A stretch of DNA of 59,570 nucleotides from assembly GCA_020845805.1 (NCBI GenBank), contig JADLFD010000416.1, positions 1-59,570 of the forward strand, in the 5' to 3' direction. Under the pieces are notes generated by a model, which ran no database searches, had not been told where the DNA came from, and was given only the letters and a program-made list of their open reading frames with translations. Below, piece by piece: positions 15,367 to 23,034 of the stretch. The number at the start of each line of letters is the position of its first letter. Position 1 is the stretch's first letter. This stretch comes from Verrucomicrobiales bacterium. GTDB taxonomy: Bacteria > Verrucomicrobiota > Verrucomicrobiia > Limisphaerales > CAIMTB01. A program made the translations under genes and the position numbers.

Positions 15367-17589
15367 ATGGCTAGCCCGGAGACCCCCCAAGTCGCGCCCC
15401 TTTGCCTCATCATCGAGAAGATGGCCCTCGAGCTCGTGCTGGCTGAGCCAGGCAAGGACAATGGGTTGCTCCCCTGCAACAGCCTTCTGGGTGAGCTGGA
15501 AGATACGGCGCGCGGCCTGAAACTGCCCGCCTGTGTCCAAGACTCCATTCAGCAGGGGCGGCAGTGGATCGACGATACCTTCATGTCCGGGTCTTTCGAT
15601 CCGGCGTCGCTGGCGCGCATGCGAGGCTGGGTGGAGTGGATGCAGTTGGCCCTGAATGCCGTGCATTGCGGCACGGAACTGCCTCCTCGGCTCACGGCCG
15701 CGGTGGCGCAGGAGGCAGCACCCGCCCCGGTGACCACCCCCGCGACGGCGACTCCGGTGGCGCTCGCGCCGGAGGAACCGATGATTCTTAGTCTGGAGAT
15801 CGACGGGGAGTTGCTCCGTGAATTCTGCACCGAATCGCACGAGCACCTGCAGAACATCGAACTGGGCGTCCTGACGTTGGAGGAAAACCCGACGGACAGC
15901 GCGACGCTGAACTCCATCTTCCGCGCGTTCCATACCTTCAAGGGCGGGTCGGGCTTCCTGAACCTGCGCCCCATCAACCGCCTGGCTCACGAGCTGGAGT
16001 CCCTGCTCGATCTGGCGCGGCAGCACCGACTCACCATCGATTCCGAAGTCATTAATCTCATCCTGGCCGGGGGGGACACCCTCAAGCGGTTTGTGGTTGA
16101 GATCGAATCCCAACTCGGCGGCCAGAGTCCGGGCGCCGCGATCCTGGTACCCATCCAGGAACTTCTTCGCCGCGTGACCGTGGTGGTGCAAGGGACGGGC
16201 ACGGCCCAGGCCCACGATCCGAGCTCCGCTTCGGCCCCCGAGCCAGAGGTGGCGGAAACGCCCGCCACGCTCCCCACTCCGACCGCGATTCCAGTCGCGG
16301 CTGCGGTGGTGCCGGTTGCGACTCCCGTGGTGGTCCCCGATCCGGTCCCCGTGGTGAAATCCGCGCCCGAGGCACCTTCGACGGCCCAGGCCGGTGCGAA
16401 GTCAGGCGGTGGTGCCACGGTGAAGGTGGACACCCTGAAGCTCGACAGCCTCGTGGATCTGGTGGGCGAGATGGTGATTGCTCAATCGATGGTGATGCAG
16501 GATGGCGACATCGCCACGCTGCAAAGCCAGCAGCTGACGCGCAACCTCGCGCAGCTGGCGCGCATCACCAAGGAACTGCAACGCGTCGCGATGTCGCTGC
16601 GCATGGTTCCCATCCGCGCCACGTTCCAGAAGATGACCCGTTTGGTGCGCGATGTCTCCGTCAAGGCGGGCAAGCACGTGGAGCTGGAAATGAGCGGAGA
16701 GGACACGGAACTGGATCGCACCATCGTGGAGGAGATCAGTGATCCGCTCGTGCACATGATCCGCAACGCGGTGGATCATGGCATCGAGTCCGCGGACAAG
16801 CGCCTGGCGGCGGGCAAATCCCCGCACGGCGTGGTCCATCTGCGCGCCTTCCATCAGGGCGGCAGCATTGTCATCGAGGTCGAGGACGACGGCGGTGGAT
16901 TGCCGCGCGACCGCATCCTGAACAAGGCCATCGAGAAGGGCCTCGTCCCGCGCGGCGCGGAGCTCACGGACAGTGAAGTGTTCGACCTGATTTTTGCGCC
17001 CGGGTTCTCGACGGCGGAGAAGGTCACCGACATCTCCGGACGCGGCGTGGGCATGGACGTCGTGCGGCGGAACATCGAGAAGTTGCGTGGGAAGGTGGAG
17101 ATCCATTCCACCCTGGGCAAAGGCTCGCGGTTCACCATCTACCTCCCGCTCACTCTCGCCATCATCGACGGCATGATCGTGGGCATCGGGCAGCATCGGT
17201 ACATCGTGCCGACCCTGGCCGTGCGGGAGTCGTTCCGACCGACCGCCGACATGGTTTCCACGGTGCAAGGGCGCGCCGAGGTCGTGAATGTGCGCGGCAA
17301 ACTGATCCCCCTGCTGCGGCTGCACGAGTACTTCGGGATCGAGTCCCGCGCCGTCCAACCGACCGAGGGCATCGTGATCGTGATCGAATCGGATCGGGAA
17401 AGCCGATGCGTGCTCGTGGACGATCTGCTGGGCAAACAGGAAGTGGTCATCAAGAGCCTGGGCGAAACCTTCAAGCGGAGCCCGTCGCTCGCTGGGGCGG
17501 CCATCCTGGGCGACGGTCGGGTCGGTCTGATCCTGGATGTCGACGCCCTGGTGGGATCCAAGACCGCGCCGCTCTCGATGGCGGCCTAA
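15367..17589 (+). CDS. cheA: Chemotaxis histidine kinase CheA with extra N-terminal domain
   Basis: The Hpt domain has FRAFHTFKGGSGFL. A Pro-rich linker follows, then dimerisation, HATPase (NAVDHGIE, DDGGG, GRGVGMDVV) and CheW-like domains. I chose the ATG at 15367 inside track ORF 15208..17589. Confidence 0.9.
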   Translation: MASPETPQVAPLCLIIEKMALELVLAEPGKDNGLLPCNSLLGELEDTARGLKLPACVQDSIQQGRQWIDDTFMSGSFDPASLARMRGWVEWMQLALNAVHCGTELPPRLTAAVAQEAAPAPVTTPATATPVALAPEEPMILSLEIDGELLREFCTESHEHLQNIELGVLTLEENPTDSATLNSIFRAFHTFKGGSGFLNLRPINRLAHELESLLDLARQHRLTIDSEVINLILAGGDTLKRFVVEIESQLGGQSPGAAILVPIQELLRRVTVVVQGTGTAQAHDPSSASAPEPEVAETPATLPTPTAIPVAAAVVPVATPVVVPDPVPVVKSAPEAPSTAQAGAKSGGGATVKVDTLKLDSLVDLVGEMVIAQSMVMQDGDIATLQSQQLTRNLAQLARITKELQRVAMSLRMVPIRATFQKMTRLVRDVSVKAGKHVELEMSGEDTELDRTIVEEISDPLVHMIRNAVDHGIESADKRLAAGKSPHGVVHLRAFHQGGSIVIEVEDDGGGLPRDRILNKAIEKGLVPRGAELTDSEVFDLIFAPGFSTAEKVTDISGRGVGMDVVRRNIEKLRGKVEIHSTLGKGSRFTIYLPLTLAIIDGMIVGIGQHRYIVPTLAVRESFRPTADMVSTVQGRAEVVNVRGKLIPLLRLHEYFGIESRAVQPTEGIVIVIESDRESRCVLVDDLLGKQEVVIKSLGETFKRSPSLAGAAILGDGRVGLILDVDALVGSKTAPLSMAA

Positions 17590-18006
17590 CCGGCGGCGGA
17601 GCGGGACAGCTGACCCCCCCGGGGTTCCGGTCGAAGTCTCCGGCCGCCAGGATCGGGTCGCCGTCCCCGTCCTTATGGACCGATCCTGACCGCGTTCCAT
17701 CCCGAGTCGAACCGTGCTCAGGGATCTCCCGCCTGGTGAAAGAGTAGCGGTTTCTTCTGTGGATAGGGCAGCCCTGTGATGCCGTGGGGTGATCCGTTCA
17801 TCAGGCCGCAGAATGCGAGCCGGAGCTTGCATTGCTCCTCGGTGCGGTGCTTCGGCCCCGCGATTGTCTTCACCTGGTTCCGGTGCCGGGCAGGTCGGAA
17901 GGGGGGAGTGGCGAGGCGGCCGGCCAGCCAGGAGCGGTCATCGTCCGGATCCATCAGGCAGGGCCGATTCAGTTCTGCAGATCTGCTCAGGCCAGGAAGG
18001 ATTCAC

Positions 18007-18014
18007 GCCGATAC
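18007..18014 (+). promoter_or_regulatory. Sigma-28 -10-like octamer upstream of cheW
   Basis: GCCGATAC lies 61 nt before the cheW ATG. There is no convincing TAAA -35 element. Confidence 0.25.
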
Positions 18015-18075
18015 GAATAGAGAGGGAGAGGCCTCATCTTAGACATGAACCCAGTGCCTCACCCTCGTTCACACC

Positions 18076-18576
18076 ATGACTGAAGCCCCTTCCCCTACGG
18101 TTGCCAGCGCTCGCGCCAAGGCGGGCAAGTACCTGACCTTTGTGCTCGGGCGGGAATCCTATGGCATCGAGGTTCTGAAAATCCGTGAGATCATCCGCTT
18201 CACTGACATCACCGCGGTCCCGCAAATGCCCGGTCACGTCAAGGGCGTGATCAACCTGCGCGGCAAGATCATTCCGGTCATTGATTTGCGCGCCAAATTC
18301 GGACTCGCGACCACCGAGGCCACCGAGCGCACCTGCATTGTCGTGGTCCAGGTCAGTTTTGCGGCGGGGACCAACGCGCAGATGGGACTCATTGTGGACG
18401 CCGTGGAAGAGGTGGCCTTCATCGCCCAGGCCGACATCGAGGAAACCCCCGATTTCGGCGGTGCGTTTGACACCGAGTGCCTGATGGGAATGGCCAAGAT
18501 CAAGGGCGTGGTGAAGACCTTGCTCGATATCAACCGCGTGGTGGCCGGGGAAGCCTCCATGGCCATCCTCTCTTGA
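18076..18576 (+). CDS. cheW: Chemotaxis coupling protein CheW
   Basis: 166 aa. The sequence has YLTFVLGRESYGIEVLKIREI...VKGVINLRGKIIPVIDLR...GLIVDAVEEV. Confidence 0.93.
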   Translation: MTEAPSPTVASARAKAGKYLTFVLGRESYGIEVLKIREIIRFTDITAVPQMPGHVKGVINLRGKIIPVIDLRAKFGLATTEATERTCIVVVQVSFAAGTNAQMGLIVDAVEEVAFIAQADIEETPDFGGAFDTECLMGMAKIKGVVKTLLDINRVVAGEASMAILS

Positions 18577-18841
18577 ACCCCATTTCCTCTCTCCGGATCA
18601 GCGGGTCACACGGGGTGTGTCTGGTCCCCGTTCCCTCCCGCGCTGCTCGCCCTCATCCATGATTCCGTCTCCCGCGCCGATTCCGCTCTCCCTCCCGCCG
18701 ACCGATCCTCGGACCCGTGTCCGGAAGGGGCGGGCGGAGCAGGGCGGGGACCGCCAGGTTCCCATTCTTCGCTGGGAGATGGCCCAATGGGAGACGTCCT
18801 GTGAAATCGAACCCGGGCGGTCTGCACGCCGCCGACGTCGA

Positions 18842-18865
18842 GCGCGCGCGCGCACGCGTGCGCGC
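18842..18865. repeat. Alternating purine-pyrimidine tract containing an 18-nt perfect palindrome
   Basis: gcgcgcgcgcgcacgcgtgcgcgc. Positions 18848..18865 (gcgcgcacgcgtgcgcgc) are self-complementary. Confidence 0.85.
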
Positions 18866-19452
18866 CGGCGCACCGGACGAAGCACGGCCTTTCGCGGGCG
18901 GGGAGGTGGCGTCGCCGCGCCTCCCTCCCCCACCGTGTCCCGATAGCGACCACTCCCCCCTCGCCCGGCTTCGAAAGTCCTGAGGAACGCGTCCTGGGCC
19001 GGGTGGATTGGCCCGTTGCCCGAATCTTCCTGAGAACCAATCCGCAGGAGCGGCCCGCGATGGCATCCCGGAAAGGATCTGGGCTGCCCTGGCGCGGTGA
19101 GGGCTCCGGCTCCGCCGTTTCAAGGCGGAGGGACTCACGGTTCGCCCGAGGCTTGGTTTCCCAGGCGCCACCGTCGGACGCGCGGTCTTCCCCCTCGGCT
19201 CGAGTGACTTTTGTTTTGCGCTGACCATTCGTTCAGGACTAGTACGGAGGCCAGAGACAGGAGCGGGTGCAGACGTTCACGAAGTGGCCGATCTTGACTC
19301 CAGCCGCGTCGCCTTACATGGGGAACCCGAATCTCACTTCGATCCTGCCGGACCGACCTCCGGCCGCTGTCAGCGGATCCGGGGAACCCACCGCGATCGA
19401 TCGTGTGGTGGGGCGGTGTGACGCGGTTCGGGGGGAGCAAGGAGGGGGGCAC

Positions 19453-21396
19453 ATGTCGGAATGGAAGGTGGTTCTCGAGGCGGCCCCGGTGGCCATGGTG
19501 CTGCTGGACGAAGAGCTGAAGATTCGCGCCGCCAATGCGGTGGCCCGCAGCTTGGGGATCGCCGTGTCGCCGGGTCCAACGGCGGAGAGCTTTTCGGCAA
19601 TTTGCCGGTGCATCGACCCCATCGCTGCTCCCTCGATGGCGGACCCGCTGCACGCCTGGTTGCGCGCCCTGGCCTCGGGCGCTGGAGCGCCGGAGACCCG
19701 CGAGTTTCGCATCGGCTGGGGGACGGCCGATTCCGGGGGGGGGACCAGTACTTTTTCCGTGGTGGGGACCCCCGTGTCCCGAGAGGGAGAGTCGGGGGTG
19801 CTGGTGGCCTTCACGGACGTCGGTCCGCTTCGCGCTTTGGAAGATCGGGTGCGGGAGCAGTCGGCCCTGCTGGCGACCTCGAACGATGCGATCTGCGTGG
19901 TGGAGCTCACGGGGGTCATCCAATTTTGGAACCGCGGCGCGGAACGCCTCTACGGCTGGATGTCGGCAGACGCAGTGGGCAAGGAGGCGGCGGATGTCGT
20001 GTTCGGGGGCTCACGGCCGATGTGGCTGAACGTGCAACGACTCGTGCTCGAGGAGGGCTACTGGGATGGTGAACTGTTGCAGTGCCATCGCAACGGACAG
20101 CAATTGATGATCGAGGCGCGGGTGAGTCTCGCGAAGGACGCCTCAGGCAAACCGCGTTCGGTGGTGATGATGACCTCGGATCTGACCGAGCGGAAGCATC
20201 TGGAGCGGCAATTGATGCGGGCCCAGCGCCTCGAGAGCCTGGGCACGATGGCCTGCGGCATCGCGCATGATTTGAACAACGTGCTCACTCCGGTCCAGAT
20301 GGTGGTGGACTTGTTGCGGCCGTCCGTGGCGGGGTCGGATGGGGAACGTTTCCTCGAACTCCTGAACCGCAGCGCGCGGCGTGGCGCGGATATCATCAAG
20401 CAGTTGCTGCTGTTTGGTCGCGGGCTGGAGACGTCCCGGGCGGAGATGGATCTCAGTTACCTGATCAAGGAAACGGTCAAAATCCTGCGCGAAACCTTTC
20501 CCAAATCGATCCAGGTTTCGGCGGAACTGCCGGAAACACTGTGGCCGGTGATCGGGGATATCACCCAATTGCACCAGGTGCTGCTCAATCTCTGCGTGAA
20601 TGCTCGTGATGCCATGCCCCGCGGCGGAACCCTCACGCTTTCGCTCGAGAACGTGAGACTGGACTTGCGCGCGTCCCGGCTGATCGCGGAGTCCAAGCCT
20701 GGTCGCTACGTGGTGGTGCAGGTGGCGGATACCGGGACCGGGATTTCGCCGGAGGTGATGGAGCGCATTTTTGACCCGTTCTTCACCACCAAACCGCTGG
20801 GAATCGGCACCGGCCTCGGGCTGTCCACGGTGCAGGGCATCGTCCGCAACCACGGGGGATTCGTGCAGGTGGTCACCCAGATGGGGGTGGGAACTCGCTT
20901 TCGCATTCATCTCGCGGTCGGGGGCGAACCGCCCCGCGAGCTGGCGCCGGCGCCGGTGCTGGTGGAGACGGGGGGCCAAGATCGCCTGGTCCTGGTCGTC
21001 GACGATGAGGATGTGATCCGGGAGTTGCTGAAGTCGGCGCTGGAACGGGCCGGCTACCGAGTGCTCACGGCCTCGGACGGCGCGGAGGCGATCTCGATCT
21101 TTGGTCGGCACCAGACCGAGATTGCCGGGGTGGTGATCGACATGATGATGCCGTACATCGATGGGGCCACGGCGATCGCGATGTTTCGGAAGACGCGACC
21201 CTCGGTTTCGGTGGTGGCCATCAGCGGTCTGCCCAATCAGCGCGACGAGGCCGAGAAGGCCGGGGGCGGCCGGGTGTCCTTTCTGCTCAAGCCGTTCGTG
21301 GTTCGCGACCTGGTGGGGGAACTCGGCCGGCGTTTGCTGGTCGATGGCGCGGCGGGCCCGGGAGAAGGCGAAACGCCCGATCCCAAGGCGGGGTAG
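19453..21396 (+). CDS. PAS-PAS hybrid sensor histidine kinase / response regulator
   Basis: The ATG at 19453 is preceded by aaggagg. The H-box is GIAHDLNNVL, the N-box LNLCVNARDAM, and G1/G2 are DTGTGI and GTGLGLS. The C-terminal REC domain reads LVLVVDDEDV...VVIDMMMPYIDG. Confidence 0.88.
   Translation: MSEWKVVLEAAPVAMVLLDEELKIRAANAVARSLGIAVSPGPTAESFSAICRCIDPIAAPSMADPLHAWLRALASGAGAPETREFRIGWGTADSGGGTSTFSVVGTPVSREGESGVLVAFTDVGPLRALEDRVREQSALLATSNDAICVVELTGVIQFWNRGAERLYGWMSADAVGKEAADVVFGGSRPMWLNVQRLVLEEGYWDGELLQCHRNGQQLMIEARVSLAKDASGKPRSVVMMTSDLTERKHLERQLMRAQRLESLGTMACGIAHDLNNVLTPVQMVVDLLRPSVAGSDGERFLELLNRSARRGADIIKQLLLFGRGLETSRAEMDLSYLIKETVKILRETFPKSIQVSAELPETLWPVIGDITQLHQVLLNLCVNARDAMPRGGTLTLSLENVRLDLRASRLIAESKPGRYVVVQVADTGTGISPEVMERIFDPFFTTKPLGIGTGLGLSTVQGIVRNHGGFVQVVTQMGVGTRFRIHLAVGGEPPRELAPAPVLVETGGQDRLVLVVDDEDVIRELLKSALERAGYRVLTASDGAEAISIFGRHQTEIAGVVIDMMMPYIDGATAIAMFRKTRPSVSVVAISGLPNQRDEAEKAGGGRVSFLLKPFVVRDLVGELGRRLLVDGAAGPGEGETPDPKAG
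19735..19743 (+). repeat. G9 homopolymer inside hybrid kinase gene
   Basis: The sequence tcc ggg ggg ggg acc encodes SGGGT. Nine consecutive G counted. Confidence 0.9.
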
Positions 21397-21455
21397 GGGT
21401 AGCGCGTGGCGCAGTGCGGTGCGCAGAGCGCACGCAGGGCGGGGAGAAGGCGAGC

Positions 21456-22373
21456 TCAGACCAGACCGTCAAGGATCGAGGCGAGTCGCTCCAGGCTTCG
21501 CAGGAGGCTGGCTTCGGCGATGGCTTTTTCCGGTCCGGACCTCTGGTTGCAGAGGATGGCCCAGCCTGAGGCGTTCACCCAACCTTCGGAGGTCACTTCC
21601 CGCTGGTCCCCACTGTTGCCGATGTGCGCGTGTCGGATGAGCAGGTCGGCAATCTGGACGGCGGCGATGACGCGCGCGTGACGCGGGGCGGCATGCGGGC
21701 GGTGATGGAAGCGCGCGGCGTCCACCATCATCTCCGGCAGGCGATGGCTGGAGAGATAGAGCGCGCCGAGTTCCGAGTGGTCCACCCCCAGGACCTCCAT
21801 CTCGATCTCGGTCAGATCGCGGAGGGTTTCCTTGTGGCAGAGCTGGATGGCGGCGAAATGCTCGGGGAAAGCGGAAGCCATGACGATCTTGCCCACGTCA
21901 TGGACAAGGCCGGCGACATAATCCGATTCGTCGCTGGGCACTTCGAAGGCACTCGTGACTTCGCGGGTGAGGATGGCGGTCCCGATGCAATGCTGCCAGA
22001 ACTCGCGCCACTCGAAAGGCACCCGTCCGGCGAGCTTTTGAAAGTCCTCGATGATGGGGGTCATCATCGCGAGCTGTCGGATCTGTCGGACGCCCAGGAA
22101 GAAGACGGCTTCCTCGATGCTATTGATCGGGGTGGTGAAGCCGAAGTAGACGGAGTTGACCAGGCGCAGCAGGCGCGCAGTCAGGCTGGGGTCTCGACGA
22201 ATGATCTCGGCGATCTGGGAAGTGTAACGTTGATCTGCGTTAAGAAGTTCGCGTAGGGCGCTGTTGACGCTGCCCAGAGAGGGCAGTCGTGGACAGTTGC
22301 GCACCCGGGTTTCGATCTGCTGGGCGTCGCACCGCGGAAGCGAGGCGGGCGGTGATGCCAGTTCGGACGTCAT
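21456..22373 (-). CDS. HDOD domain signalling protein
   Basis: The sequence has LPSLGSVNSALRELLN...IAEIIRRDPSLTARLLRLVNS and GLVHDVGKIVM...LGVDHSELGA. The start is ambiguous: 22373 (chosen) or 22469. Confidence 0.8.
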   Translation of the reverse strand: MTSELASPPASLPRCDAQQIETRVRNCPRLPSLGSVNSALRELLNADQRYTSQIAEIIRRDPSLTARLLRLVNSVYFGFTTPINSIEEAVFFLGVRQIRQLAMMTPIIEDFQKLAGRVPFEWREFWQHCIGTAILTREVTSAFEVPSDESDYVAGLVHDVGKIVMASAFPEHFAAIQLCHKETLRDLTEIEMEVLGVDHSELGALYLSSHRLPEMMVDAARFHHRPHAAPRHARVIAAVQIADLLIRHAHIGNSGDQREVTSEGWVNASGWAILCNQRSGPEKAIAEASLLRSLERLASILDGLV

Positions 22374-22516
22374 CTCACGGGGACATCGGCATTTCGGGAC
22401 TTTGGGTTTAACGGGTTTGCGGGTGGCGTGCCGCGGGGGTGGGTGGGGGCGGGTTTTCCTTGAGCTCATCGGGCCGCCCGGGCTCGGGAACTCTCTTAGA
22501 ATTCCAAGACAGGCTA

Positions 22517-22543
22517 TTAAGTGCCTGCGGGAAGTGCCGATGG
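22517..22543 (+). promoter_or_regulatory. Sigma-28 promoter abutting cheX start
   Basis: TTAAGTGC-ctgcgggaagt-GCCGATGG closely parallels the flagellin promoter TCAAGTGA-N11-GCCGATGA. The -10 ends 9 nt before the ATG at 22553. Confidence 0.55.
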
Positions 22544-22552
22544 TCCATCAGA

Positions 22553-23020
22553 ATGATCGACCAACTTGACGAATTGGTCACGCAGGCGGTTGCGCGAGCC
22601 TTCGATACCATGCTCAACGTGAAGGTCGCGGCCGAGACCAGCGACGCCACGCTCTGGAACGGCGAGCCGCACGTGGCTGGGTCGGTTGGGTTTATCGGGA
22701 AACTCACCGGGGTGGTTTACATCTACTCCAGCGCCACCTTTGCCCGTGAGATCACCGGCCAACTCCTCGGACTCAAAATCGAGGAGATTGAAGGTGAGGA
22801 AATGGTCAACGACGCCATCGGTGAGCTCACCAACATGGTGGTGGGCCAGATCAAGTCCCAACTCTCCGACCGGGGTATGCCCTGTGTGCTCACCATCCCG
22901 TCCATTGTGCGGGGAAGCCAGTTTGTCGTGGAAAGCATGAGCTCCACCACGCGCCGTTTTAACACCTTCAAATGTGGTAACCATCGCCTGGGCGTCGAAA
23001 CCCTGATCAAACCCAGCTGA
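22553..23020 (+). CDS. cheX: CheY-P phosphatase CheX-like
   Basis: 155 aa. The sequence has MIDQLDELVTQAVARAFDTML...GSVGFIGKLTGVVYIY...DAIGELTNMVVGQIK, including the CheX E..N motif. Confidence 0.8.
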   Translation: MIDQLDELVTQAVARAFDTMLNVKVAAETSDATLWNGEPHVAGSVGFIGKLTGVVYIYSSATFAREITGQLLGLKIEEIEGEEMVNDAIGELTNMVVGQIKSQLSDRGMPCVLTIPSIVRGSQFVVESMSSTTRRFNTFKCGNHRLGVETLIKPS

Positions 23021-23034
23021 AACCTGCCCCGAGT

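Noticed and set aside
17718-17954. A 78-aa minus-strand ORF (MDPDDDRSWLAGRL...KLRLAFCGLMNGSPHGITGLPYPQKK) in the cheA-cheW spacer.
   Set aside because: It has no family resemblance, no SD and no supporting context. It could be a pseudogene fragment, but I cannot support that from sequence alone.
19287-19294. GCCGATCT, identical to the cheR -10 octamer, 159 nt upstream of the hybrid kinase.
   Set aside because: There is no TAAA-like -35 at 15 to 16 nt. CCGAT pentamers are frequent in this composition.
21420-21434. A small hairpin, gtgcgc-aga-gcgcac, between the convergent hybrid kinase and HDOD genes.
   Set aside because: It has only a 6-bp stem, a 3-nt loop and no flanking U/A tracts. This is insufficient to call a bidirectional terminator.
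22418-22433. A minus-strand CGGCACGCCACCCGCA upstream of the HDOD gene, if that gene starts at 22373.
   Set aside because: The spacing is correct, but the -12 region (CCGCA) lacks the conserved T, and the site would be inside the CDS if the 22469 start is used. It is too weak to call.
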